64,000 bases of DNA from an uncultured virus (IMG/VR IMGVR_UViG_3300022861_000081) (IMGVR_UViG_3300022861_000081); one strand, 5' to 3'; counted from the stretch's first letter, positions 10,240-18,969 are shown. The notes: generated from the letters alone by a model not told the origin. Numbers and translations are program-made.

Positions 10240-10328
10240 GCCTTCACCTGATAACTTCTATTGCGCATAGTAGGCAAAATTTGCCTACACGTCTACGCTA
10301 ATTTCACATAGCGTAAGTTATGCGTAAC

Positions 10329-10754
10329 CTATCGTCCTTTCTCATACGCTTCTGCATGCAGATAGCTTTCGCGCCGCATTTTTGTCTTGTCCGGTCGATT
10401 GCCATACGATTCCAAATGTTGGCGCAAGAAGTCACGGTTCAGGTTATTCCGTGCGTTTGCCATCTGGTGGCGCATGTAGCTGCGCAAGTTGGCGCGGATG
10501 GGTCCTTCAATCATTTCTCGCTGCTCGTCTTCCATCTGGTACTTGTAGGCTTCCCACTTACGCATCCGTTCCGACCACACTTCGGCTTCATGCATGGTGT
10601 TGCAGACAATCTTTTCGAAACCCGCTGGTGCCGGGAACTGTTCAGGAAGGCCCATACGGATTTCGCCGCGAGTTCCATCGTGCCAAAACACGATTTTGGT
10701 TGCTAACTGTGCGTTCAATCGAGACCTCCCACAGAAACCATGTTCGAAGAACAT
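10329..10754 (-). CDS. Hypothetical protein
   Basis: ORF following the terminase; start uncertain. Confidence 0.5.
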   Translation of the reverse strand: MFFEHGFCGRSRLNAQLATKIVFWHDGTRGEIRMGLPEQFPAPAGFEKIVCNTMHEAEVWSERMRKWEAYKYQMEDEQREMIEGPIRANLRSYMRHQMANARNNLNRDFLRQHLESYGNRPDKTKMRRESYLHAEAYEKGR

Positions 10755-12865
10755 ACGGCTTTGCTCAACGGAGGTGCTTTCTCCGTTGGCAATGCATAGC
10801 GCTTTTGCGATCTATCCGCAAGAATGTCGAAATCGTGCGCAGTAAAGAAAGATTGCGCCGCAGCACGCACGCGATCATCATGCTGACCGCTGCGATGCTC
10901 CAACTTGGAAACTCTGCCAGCCGCTGCATGCCGCTCCAGCGTTTTCAACTCTTCAATTAACCATCTGGATGTCGGGCGATACCAGCCACCATTCACAGCT
11001 TCCGTAAAGCGCGTCATCAGGATTGGCACACTCCATACGTTGGAATACCAGCCCTGTTTTTTGCCAGAATCATCCTTGATCTTTTTGCTGTCGTAGCGAC
11101 GTGGAACGTGATGCCAATGGAAGCCCATCAGCTTCAACTGGTGCTGGCATGTATCACCTGGTCTTCCGATCTGCTCCACGCAAAACTTCACGCCACGTGG
11201 ATCTTTTGCATTTTCGCCATACCAGGCGGCAATGCAAGCTGCAAATCCGACAACTTGTGCAGAGTTGATGCGGTTCGATACCAGCTCAGCCACCTGATAG
11301 TCATATTCATCGCCAAAACGGTTGCGCGTTACCGATACGCAGGTTCTGTCTTCATCCTCTTTGCCAAGACCATCTGCCGTGTCGATGCCGCAACTGTAGG
11401 TGTATCCAGGGTTGGGCTCTTCATATACCAGCAGCTTGTCAAAGGTTTCCAGCTCCACATCTTCGTCAATCGGAAGGAGAGGAACCAAAACCCAGTCATA
11501 GCGTTGTCCGCGATCCGATTTCCATGTCACGCGGATATGCGCTTTGTCGTAATCAATCAATGGCTCTGGTGGCTCAAAACCATCGTCGATGGAATCACCA
11601 GTAATGGCGTAGGCTTGCACCTGCTTCTTTCTTTCCTTGGTGTCGCCTTGCACTTCATAAATGTTGTCTTCGATCTCCTGAATCGTTTCCACATCGAACA
11701 CGCTGTCATGCACACCTGTCAGCGCTTCATAGTCGTCAGCCGGCATCTGCGCAAGCCAAATCTTCTGACTGTGATTTTTGCAAGATTTGGCGTAATTGAA
11801 TTCCCAAAACCACTGCTGCTCCAGCGGCATCCGCCAATCTTTTCCAACAATCCGTGACAAAAACGGCGTATTGCGAATGTAGGACTCGGCACGGATCACA
11901 TGCTTGCGCGTTGCTTCCATGCGCTTCTTGTAAAAGTCTTCTGGAACCGGGAACTGACGAATCCATGCCTTTTCAGGGTAAAGATCCGTCGCCATTGCCC
12001 AAGGAATAAATACAGGGCAAAGATCATGCAATCCTTTGGGGAAGTCTTCTTTCGCAGCGCGCCACGTCTCGGCCAACCAGCCGGTGTTTCCACCACCTGT
12101 GCCTTCAAACACCATGAAGAGGTTGGGAGTGGCGTGCGTGGCGCGCAACAGGCCTTCTTCAATCACCTTCTTAGGCTTGGGGATATCCGCCAACTCCGAA
12201 ACGTGAATTAATGTGGGAGTCCAACCTTGCGCGATACCCGTTGCCTGCATACCAGATTGAATGGACAACACAGATCCGTTATCGAATGAGCCTTTGGGTC
12301 CACGGCGCGGCACCAGCCACCAGGGGCATTGGTTGTAGGCAATATCCAGGATGCGACCGATCAGCTCGGACTTATCCGACTGCACCGAGGCCATCACAGC
12401 CTGAGTGTGCGGAATGAACAACATCCTTTGAAGAAACTTCAGAGCGGTTTTTGTGGTGATGCCCACCTGCCGCGCTTTCAAAATCAAAAGGCGAATAGCA
12501 ACTTGCTTTTCGTCGAAATCGGCGATTACGGAATCGAAAACTTCTTGCGATTTCCGGTTTTTGAATTTGAAAATCTCGCCGCCTTCGTTGCAGACGTAGG
12601 CGTAGCAATCGTCAAAGTAGTTGCTATCGAGGGCACACATCACCTGCTCGTTCTCTACCCACCGCCAAATTTCCTTTTGGCGCTTTTGCGTGATGGGACG
12701 CACAAGGGAGATATACGAGGACTTCGAGTTTGATTCGATTTTTACGATGGAATCGATGTAGTGCTTGAATTCTTCCACCTGGGCAAACGTATGAGGGGTA
12801 GGCATCCACCCCTCACGCGCGGCGAACTTGTCCAGGTTCTGTACGATAATCTTTTCGGAATACAT
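10715..12865 (-). CDS. terL: Terminase large subunit
   Basis: Walker A-like LILKARQVGITT, Walker B IHVSE, coupling motif FEGTG, RNase H-like GIDTADG and C-terminal GQHDDRV. Confidence 0.9.
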   Translation of the reverse strand: MYSEKIIVQNLDKFAAREGWMPTPHTFAQVEEFKHYIDSIVKIESNSKSSYISLVRPITQKRQKEIWRWVENEQVMCALDSNYFDDCYAYVCNEGGEIFKFKNRKSQEVFDSVIADFDEKQVAIRLLILKARQVGITTKTALKFLQRMLFIPHTQAVMASVQSDKSELIGRILDIAYNQCPWWLVPRRGPKGSFDNGSVLSIQSGMQATGIAQGWTPTLIHVSELADIPKPKKVIEEGLLRATHATPNLFMVFEGTGGGNTGWLAETWRAAKEDFPKGLHDLCPVFIPWAMATDLYPEKAWIRQFPVPEDFYKKRMEATRKHVIRAESYIRNTPFLSRIVGKDWRMPLEQQWFWEFNYAKSCKNHSQKIWLAQMPADDYEALTGVHDSVFDVETIQEIEDNIYEVQGDTKERKKQVQAYAITGDSIDDGFEPPEPLIDYDKAHIRVTWKSDRGQRYDWVLVPLLPIDEDVELETFDKLLVYEEPNPGYTYSCGIDTADGLGKEDEDRTCVSVTRNRFGDEYDYQVAELVSNRINSAQVVGFAACIAAWYGENAKDPRGVKFCVEQIGRPGDTCQHQLKLMGFHWHHVPRRYDSKKIKDDSGKKQGWYSNVWSVPILMTRFTEAVNGGWYRPTSRWLIEELKTLERHAAAGRVSKLEHRSGQHDDRVRAAAQSFFTAHDFDILADRSQKRYALPTEKAPPLSKAVCSSNMVSVGGLD

Positions 12866-12878
12866 CAGCCCTCATGAG

Positions 12879-12989
12879 CTAGCCCTTGACGGCGATCGTC
12901 TTGCTGGCTCTCTTACCGAGCTTCTTGACACGCGGCGTCATTTTCTTCGTTTCGCACAGCTTGCTTGAAACGCGCTTTGTTTTTGCCAT
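12879..12989 (-). CDS. 36-aa basic peptide
   Basis: AAGGAGG RBS; MAKTKRVSSKLCETKKMTPRVKKLGKRASKTIAVKG. Translated by hand, below the ORF-track cutoff. Confidence 0.6.
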   Translation of the reverse strand: MAKTKRVSSKLCETKKMTPRVKKLGKRASKTIAVKG

Positions 12990-13062
12990 GACGTTCCTCC
13001 TTGGAACTTACGATCCCGCCAACTTGGTTGTTGCGGGAGGGTTGCAATAGGCCGGAAAACAG

Positions 13063-13131
13063 AAATGGCCCAAGGCCATCTCTGGTCCTGAGCCATTGCT
13101 TGTTCCCGCTTGAGCGAGGGGCATGTGTCTC
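13063..13131 (-). promoter_or_regulatory. Conserved two-hairpin leader element, copy C
   Basis: GAGACACATGCCCC..GGGAACAAGCAATGGCTCAGG..GGCCTTGGGCCATTT; preceded by TTGACG..AATTCGGTATAAAT. Confidence 0.7.
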
Positions 13132-13182
13132 GGTAATTGCTTTACATTTATACCGAATTACATCTTGCGTCAAGCGTAACTT

Positions 13183-13791
13183 TTAGTTCTCCGAGCGTAA
13201 CTGTCGGATCGGTACAAGCTTTTGCAATGTATCGCTGGGCGAGGGGAAGAGTTCATCAATGTCATCGTCAAGGCCAAAAACGCCCTTCTCTTCATGCTCT
13301 TCCTTTTCACTGTCACTGGCAGATCCAAACACTGCTTTCCCGATGAATGTTGGACCTTTGGGCGTGGGAAGGAAGCCAAGCGCCTGGTGGATCATCGTGC
13401 GATCCTTCTCGCCGCCGGCCAACTGGGCAAACTGGATTGTCTTTTTCATAATCATCGGATGAGAGCTGAGCGCGATCACCTTCACCGCATTCACGGAAGA
13501 AGCCTGAAGCGCAAACAAGATGGCACCAGTCAATCGTTGCAGATCGATTTTGGCAGAATAGGCGATCGCTTCCCAGGGCAACATCTTACGATCGCTTGTC
13601 GGGAGAGAGTCATATTTCCCCAAAAAAGCCGCAATCACTTCATCCTGAGCGCAAAAACGCATGGCGTTTAAAACAGTCGGCAACCCACCCTCGGCATTTT
13701 TAAACAGTGGGGTGATCTCCGGCAGGGACGCCATCACTTCCGGCTTGATCTTCAGGCGCCGCAGTGCTTCGTCCCTCCGTTTCATCCTCAT
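13183..13791 (-). CDS. Hypothetical protein, terminase small subunit candidate
   Basis: Helical ORF of about 200 aa upstream of terL; start uncertain (the ORF is open to 14025). Confidence 0.4.
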   Translation of the reverse strand: MRMKRRDEALRRLKIKPEVMASLPEITPLFKNAEGGLPTVLNAMRFCAQDEVIAAFLGKYDSLPTSDRKMLPWEAIAYSAKIDLQRLTGAILFALQASSVNAVKVIALSSHPMIMKKTIQFAQLAGGEKDRTMIHQALGFLPTPKGPTFIGKAVFGSASDSEKEEHEEKGVFGLDDDIDELFPSPSDTLQKLVPIRQLRSEN

Positions 13792-14095
13792 CGAGAGCTT
13801 GGGCACTGGCAGCGGATCTTGGGTGGGTTTTAAGGAATTCCCGCTCGCGTTCGCCGATGTATTCTTCTTCCTCGGGGACCGTGAGCCAATCGTCAAGGGA
13901 TTCGTCGCTGGCTCCCTGCTCTTCACGGATAAGGTCTTCTGTGGTGGGGACGCGAGAGTAAACAGCTTCGTGGACTTCTTTTCGTTCTGGCCATTGCTTG
14001 GCGAATTGTTTTTCTTGTGTGTCATGAATGCCTGTCAGTGCAGTTGCCATCTGTTCAAATGCCGCCACAAGTCGCTCTTCAAAGTCTTCTGTCAT
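13700..14095 (-). CDS. Hypothetical acidic protein
   Basis: GGAGG RBS before MTEDFEE. Confidence 0.5.
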   Translation of the reverse strand: MTEDFEERLVAAFEQMATALTGIHDTQEKQFAKQWPERKEVHEAVYSRVPTTEDLIREEQGASDESLDDWLTVPEEEEYIGEREREFLKTHPRSAASAQALDEDETEGRSTAAPEDQAGSDGVPAGDHPTV

Positions 14096-14382
14096 GGCTT
14101 CGGCTCCTCCACCCAATCGCCAGTTCCCTTGCCAAAGTCTGGCCGAACCAAGCGAGAACGCCATTCTCCGGTTTCTTCATCCAGGACAGACGGCAATGGT
14201 GGATCATTCAGCATCGCATCAAGCCGTGCGCGCAGGGTTGTTGGCGTTGTCCACAACCCTACTTCACTGTGCACTTCAAACAGCTGTCCATCACTGCGAA
14301 GGGCGCGAAGGAACTGAAAACGATGCGTGTCCACAGTGACTGGCTTCATCCATTCTGTCCGCAACCAACGCAGTTCGCTCAT
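14092..14382 (-). CDS. Hypothetical protein
   Basis: AGGAG RBS before MSELRW; ATGA overlap with the next gene. Confidence 0.5.
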   Translation of the reverse strand: MSELRWLRTEWMKPVTVDTHRFQFLRALRSDGQLFEVHSEVGLWTTPTTLRARLDAMLNDPPLPSVLDEETGEWRSRLVRPDFGKGTGDWVEEPKP

Positions 14383-14701
14383 TGGTTTTCTCCTGAGGAA
14401 CGTCTCCGTATTCTGGCCAAATTGGAGTCGATAGCTCTTCGATGGAGCTTGGAATGCTTGTTCCATCGAATGGAAGCTCAGGCGTCAAGTTTTGCACCAG
14501 GTGGTAGGGCTTTCCAAGCGTCGGGTTAGCGCAATTTCTGTGCTCGACCTGATCTGCCCAGAAAAGCCCTGCCTTGACGTGGCGATACTTGTGCGCCTTC
14601 AAAATGCGCTTATGGCACAGCCAGCAAGTCCGATGATGAACGGTCTCCAGGTGGAAAATCCCGATCAAGCGTTCAAACCAGGACTGTTTTTTCTCTCCCA
14701 T
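14291..14701 (-). CDS. Hypothetical Cys/His-containing protein
   Basis: Follows 14711-14995; CWLCH..HRNC motif. Confidence 0.4.
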   Translation of the reverse strand: MGEKKQSWFERLIGIFHLETVHHRTCWLCHKRILKAHKYRHVKAGLFWADQVEHRNCANPTLGKPYHLVQNLTPELPFDGTSIPSSIEELSTPIWPEYGDVPQEKTNERTALVADRMDEASHCGHASFSVPSRPSQ

Positions 14702-14710
14702 TGCGCATCC

Positions 14711-14995
14711 TTACTTCTTCACCGGCAGTGCAGGCTTGGGCTGTTCCGGTTCCACGATAAAGTTCTGTGGATTCACGCGGTAGCCGGGATGGCTGGCAGC
14801 GAACTCTGTCAGGATGGTTTGTTCCTGCTGCAGCGCATCCTGCCACTGCTTCTGCACGTCCTGCTTGATCTTTTCGCAGCTCTGAAGAGCAATACGATCT
14901 GCGGTGCTCAGCTGCGGTACCTGATTCGGTTTCGGTGCCTGTTGCGCAAATGCCGGCGTCAATGCCAGCACGAAAATCGCCAACCAACGTTTCAT
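14711..14995 (-). CDS. Putative secreted coiled-coil protein
   Basis: AAGGAG RBS; signal-peptide-like MKRWLAIFVLALTPAFA. Confidence 0.6.
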   Translation of the reverse strand: MKRWLAIFVLALTPAFAQQAPKPNQVPQLSTADRIALQSCEKIKQDVQKQWQDALQQEQTILTEFAASHPGYRVNPQNFIVEPEQPKPALPVKK

Positions 14996-15020
14996 TGTCT
15001 TCTCCTTTGAACTTTGCGCG

Positions 15021-15113
15021 GGCCAAAGGCAGGAATTCGAACCGACGACCCTCTCCGCAACAGGTGCGCCCACCTTTACACGGAGCCGCTCTACCACTGA
15101 GCTACTAAGGTCC
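15021..15113 (-). ncRNA. tRNA-like element with expanded anticodon loop (pseudo-tRNA)
   Basis: D-arm TAGCTCAGTGGTAGAGC, T-loop GGTTCGAAT, anticodon stem CTCCG/CGGAG enclosing a 23-nt loop; acceptor and T stems imperfect. Confidence 0.55.
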
Positions 15114-15148
15114 GCGCGTTCCTCCGGGTACAAGGCCGGAGAACTTCG

Positions 15149-15556
15149 TTACGCCTGCTTCTGCTTTTTGGCGTAATGCCGTTTCTTCACGACGACGGCA
15201 CCTTCCTCATTCTTGCCAAGGGTAGGCACGTCCTGGCCGCTGCGTTCGCGCACAACGTTGAGATGCGGTTCAAGCGCAATCTCAACATCGGCATCAACTT
15301 CTGTGTTGATGATTGGAGATTCTCCGTCTACGGGAAAGTCTTCGCTCGCCGGAGCACTGACATGGACGTCAACCTTGACTTCTGCTGTGTCGAGTCCGCG
15401 CAGATTCAGATGGACCTTGACTGATCCGTCGTAACCGCCTGTGTAGGCATCCATCTCGCGCAGATTGCAATCACCGCGCAGTTTTTCAGCGACTTGATCG
15501 AGCACGTCGTTGATAATCTCTTCTCCCGTCAAACCCTCTACGTAATCGTCTTCCAC
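15149..15556 (-). CDS. Hypothetical acidic protein
   Basis: 135 aa, GAGGTG RBS, GTG start. Confidence 0.55.
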   Translation of the reverse strand: MEDDYVEGLTGEEIINDVLDQVAEKLRGDCNLREMDAYTGGYDGSVKVHLNLRGLDTAEVKVDVHVSAPASEDFPVDGESPIINTEVDADVEIALEPHLNVVRERSGQDVPTLGKNEEGAVVVKKRHYAKKQKQA

Positions 15557-15574
15557 TGAAGCACCTCTCCTGAT

Positions 15575-15817
15575 TTATTCCTTCGCGTCGCTCTTGCATC
15601 TCAAAAGAAACCAAAACTTCGCCATCTCCAGCATCCCAAGGAAGTGCGAATTTTCCAACTGGTTGGATGACCATGCCAAGTCGCCATTTTGCGTTTTGTA
15701 AATCACCACAATCTCTGTCGGCTCGTCGTTTCCAAAGTCTTCCATGCAATCGATCAGCACCTGGGTTGGGCTGCGTGGAGTTTTCTTTTCTTCTTCCACC
15801 CTATGCAGCCTCTTCAT
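15575..15817 (-). CDS. Hypothetical protein
   Basis: 80-aa ORF overlapping the end of the HTH gene. Confidence 0.5.
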   Translation of the reverse strand: MKRLHRVEEEKKTPRSPTQVLIDCMEDFGNDEPTEIVVIYKTQNGDLAWSSNQLENSHFLGMLEMAKFWFLLRCKSDAKE

Positions 15818-16034
15818 TGCTGTACTTCGCCTTGAGCGCCAAAAACTTTCTTAACGTATCAGGAAACGGAATTACCTTTCCTGCTTCGATCAGCTGCACC
15901 GTGCGCCGACTCAAGCCCAGCACTTCAGCCAGCTTGACCTGCGTAAACAGATGATCGTGACGAAACTTGCGCCACTCTTTCTGGCGAGCGTCTCGTTCTT
16001 GCAAATCTTCTTCGGTTGGCTTGGGTCTTGGCAT
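15801..16034 (-). CDS. XRE-family helix-turn-helix regulator
   Basis: FTQVKLAEVLGLSRRTVQLIEAG. Confidence 0.85.
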   Translation of the reverse strand: MPRPKPTEEDLQERDARQKEWRKFRHDHLFTQVKLAEVLGLSRRTVQLIEAGKVIPFPDTLRKFLALKAKYSNEEAA

Positions 16035-16516
16035 TGTTTACGCTCCCTTGAGCACCCGCATTACTTCCATCTCCATAAATTGGCGGGAAACCAATTTCGT
16101 GTCAACGGTAATTTTGTGCCTACCACACATCCTGCCGAAATTGCGCCGGCCGACGAACGCGCTTTGCCGCGCGGTATCGCTGCATACTCTTCCGTCCCCG
16201 TCCGCCACGCATCAGATACCGCTGCAACGGAGTTTCCGCATAAAAATTGTCGCAAAGAAGCTTCAGCAACTTTGCCATTTTTGTCGGATTGGTCTTACGC
16301 AAAGCACACATAACTTCGCTTCCCCACTTTGCGCATAACCTACGCCAGTCTTGGTTTTCTGTCTACTGTGATTTTTCATTGCGCAAGGATTGCGCTCACT
16401 TAGCGAACTGTAACTGCATTCGCTAAAGCATCAGTGTAGATAAAGGCCAAAACCTTTATTTTTAAGTAGTGCGATTTTAGTGCGATTTACGTGATAATAT
16501 GCATTCAGGAGATTTT

Positions 16517-16717
16517 ATGGCACGCATGACAATTGCACTTCCCGCTGAGATTGTAAAAATCGTCAATGACACTGCCCAAAAAGAGTCGGTTCCAAAAACA
16601 GAGATCATTCGACGTATGTTCACTGTGTTGAAGGTAGCCCAGGAAGAAAAAGACAAGGGGAACTCTCTTGGAATCATCAACGGAGAGAAGGTTATTGCCC
16701 GCATTGTTGGTGTATAA
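16517..16717 (+). CDS. Ribbon-helix-helix (CopG-like) protein
   Basis: AGGAG RBS; RMTIALPAEIVKIVNDTAQKESVPKTEIIRR. Confidence 0.7.
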   Translation: MARMTIALPAEIVKIVNDTAQKESVPKTEIIRRMFTVLKVAQEEKDKGNSLGIINGEKVIARIVGV

Positions 16718-16722
16718 ACTTC

Positions 16723-16995
16723 ATGGAAAATGAGAACAAAGAAAAACCGATCATCGTCGATCTTGGCCAACGCGAAGACGTGCCTCGTCCTGAACTCGAT
16801 CCACAAAAGCTATTGTCTTTTGCGCAGCAAATCCTGATGGTTTTAGTCTTTTTAATGTTTCTGGCTTGCGGGGTTTTATTGCGTTGGCCCGGATCAAAAG
16901 AAGCTCAAACCATCTTTGAACAAGCAAGAACGATTCTCCCGCCAATGGTGACGCTTGTTCTTGGCTTTTACTTTGGCGGTCGTCATTCTCGATAA
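16723..16995 (+). CDS. Small two-TM membrane protein
   Basis: Two hydrophobic stretches, ending LVLGFYFG; AT-rich moron-like context. Confidence 0.6.
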   Translation: MENENKEKPIIVDLGQREDVPRPELDPQKLLSFAQQILMVLVFLMFLACGVLLRWPGSKEAQTIFEQARTILPPMVTLVLGFYFGGRHSR

Positions 16996-17093
16996 TTTTT
17001 CAGAACAGGAATAGCCTGTATGTCTTGTTCATGCGGGCTATTCTTTATCACTATTCAGAAATTTTCAGGGCAAAAAAGCTGAGCATGGCTAAT

Positions 17094-17702
17094 GTTGCGT
17101 CTATTCGGCGCACTGTAGAAGCTGTTTGATTGTTGCGCTTATCCAGCGCACTATGACTATCTTGCAACCTTTTTATAGCCAAAAAGCCGTGATGATTCTC
17201 GTGTTGCATCTACTCGATGCACTGAAACTGCCTTGTGACTTTGTGCTATTCCTTGACGCGTTGCGCTTTCTCGGCGCACTCATACGTCTATAAATATCCC
17301 TTGTGTATTATTGCGCTTATTCAGTGTATTGTTGCGCTTATCCAGCGCACTCCTACTTTGTCGCACATGTTGCATCTCTCCGATGCACTTTGACTGTACA
17401 CCCCTACCTATCCATGTTGCATCTGCTCGATGCACTCATACTGTGCTCCTCAACCTATCCATGTTGCGCCTATGCGGTGCACTGAAACCGCATTACTGCG
17501 AAATCCAAGGCTCACGTACGTTGCATCTTCTCGATGCACTTCAACCAGTCTGCTATACAGCAGACAAAAACGAATGCCAATGGAGGTTGCATCTGTTCGA
17601 TGCACTCATACGGATTTGGTACGGGATGCTGTTGTTGCGCTTATCCAGCGCACTAGAACATCTTGTCAGCTCATTCTTCAGGTTGCGCCTGCTCGACGCA
17701 CT
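17094..17702 (-). CRISPR. CRISPR array 1: 13 degenerate/minimised repeat units
   Basis: Core GTTGCRYY-N5-RRYGCACT at 17094, 17132, 17203, 17260, 17310, 17331, 17369, 17416, 17463, 17520, 17586, 17634 and 17682; period 21-71 nt; minus-strand TTGACA at 17741-17746. Confidence 0.8.
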
Positions 17703-17755
17703 CATATGACACCTCAATACTTTGCGCCAAGCCCCCGCGTTGTCAACAAATTTCT

Positions 17756-18283
17756 TTAGCTCCGCGATGCCAGAATTTTGGTTGCCTCAGTCAATGTAAT
17801 CATAAGCGTTTGTGGATTGATCGGCGAAGCGATGAAGCCGTATTTCTCGTAGAACTGTTTTGCATCCTTAGAAATTGCATTTACCAAAACCGCACGAATG
17901 CCGGCAATCTCAGCAGCCTGCAAAGTGCGCAAAACCGCATCCCGCAAAAGATCCGCCCCAATCCCGCGATGCTGAAAGTGTTCATCCACAGCCAGTCGTC
18001 CGATCAGCATCACGGGCACTGGATCGGGCATGTTGCGCTTGATGCGTGTGGGTGCCTCGACATGTGCCACAGCACCAGTCGCCAGCGCATAAAAACCAAC
18101 GACATGACCTTCTGAGCACACCACTTTAGTACGCGATGCTCCATTCTTCTCGTTTTGAAGTGCCCGCGTCTTCAACCACAGATTGAGAGATGATTCGCCA
18201 CAGCAGAATTGCGTAAGATCATGTTCCACTGTCAGCTTTTCTGGAGCGGTAATACGGATCTTGGACGCCTCTACTCCTCCCAC
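17756..18283 (-). CDS. GNAT-family acetyltransferase toxin (AtaT/TacT-like)
   Basis: FCCGESSLNLWLK, VVGFYAL, NMPDPVPVMLIGRLAVD..QHRGIG, FYEKYGF; next to a DUF1778-like gene. Confidence 0.9.
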   Translation of the reverse strand: MGGVEASKIRITAPEKLTVEHDLTQFCCGESSLNLWLKTRALQNEKNGASRTKVVCSEGHVVGFYALATGAVAHVEAPTRIKRNMPDPVPVMLIGRLAVDEHFQHRGIGADLLRDAVLRTLQAAEIAGIRAVLVNAISKDAKQFYEKYGFIASPINPQTLMITLTEATKILASRS

Positions 18284-18555
18284 GATGGTTTCCTCGCTAG
18301 CAGCTTTGCCAGTTTTGGGTTGGACTTGGGAGGATTGTCTAGCATGTCATTGAAGCGTTGGAACTCTTCTTTCCCGAGACGGAAGTAGCAGCGATCAAGC
18401 AAAATCGCTTCCGCTTCCCTGCACGCCGCATCCAGCATGAAATCCGTGCGGTTCCTTCCCAGCACTTCTGCTGCACTATCAATTAATGTCTTTTGCCGCA
18501 GATTGGCACGCAAATTGATGTTCGTAGCCCGCAATTCAGCAACGACAGAACCCAT
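18271..18555 (-). CDS. DUF1778-family antitoxin (TacA/AtaR-like)
   Basis: INLRA..QKTLIDSAAEVLGRNRTDFMLDAACREAE..LDNPP..NPKLAKLL. Confidence 0.9.
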   Translation of the reverse strand: MGSVVAELRATNINLRANLRQKTLIDSAAEVLGRNRTDFMLDAACREAEAILLDRCYFRLGKEEFQRFNDMLDNPPKSNPKLAKLLARKPSWEE

Positions 18556-18617
18556 GACCCACCTCCTGAATGTATACACAATGAGCGTACAGCATCGTGC
18601 GCACAATGTAAAGCGCC

Positions 18618-18899
18618 TTAGTACAGCTTGCGGCAGTCATAACACCAGAACCCGTCAGGCCGCTGGAAACCCTTGTGCCCCTTGTCGTGTGGGCATCTGG
18701 CAAGGCCAGCAGGACTCGAATCCGCGACAGGCCGATTATGAGTCGGTTGCTCTACCGGCTGAGCTACAGTCCCGCTGTTCCACTTCCGCGTGCGACACTC
18801 GGGATTACGGCATTGCGCGGGTATCGGTTTACGAACGTCTACCGGCCAAAGATACCCACACACGTCGCATCGATATGCCTCCATCTTAGTTTTGCCCAT
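18618..18899 (-). CDS. Zn-ribbon protein containing an in-frame tRNA-like sequence
   Basis: CDVCG..CRNPECRTRKWN and CPH..CYDC motifs; N-terminal part paralogous to 41382-41576. Confidence 0.65.
   Translation of the reverse strand: MGKTKMEAYRCDVCGYLWPVDVRKPIPAQCRNPECRTRKWNSGTVAQPVEQPTHNRPVADSSPAGLARCPHDKGHKGFQRPDGFWCYDCRKLY
18698..18773 (-). tRNA. tRNA(CAT)-like (Met/Ile2), degenerate acceptor and T stems
   Basis: 76 nt: GGGACTGTAGCTCAGCCGGTAGAGCAACCGACTCATAATCGGCCTGTCGCGGATTCGAGTCCTGCTGGCCTTGCCA. Confidence 0.6.
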
Positions 18900-18969
18900 G
18901 AGTAGATTCTACTCACCAGCCTGAGTAGAATCTACTCAGCACTACCACCATTTGAGTCGAGCCGACTCA
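18899..18969. promoter_or_regulatory. Three 17-bp palindromic operators TGAGTNGANNCNACTCA
   Basis: TGAGTAGATTCTACTCA (18899), TGAGTAGAATCTACTCA (18922), TGAGTCGAGCCGACTCA (18953). Confidence 0.7.

Noticed and set aside
17094..17702. Self-targeting of phage sequences by array 1 spacers
   Set aside because: Only 6-9 nt matches were found by eye, which is not significant; a computed search is needed.
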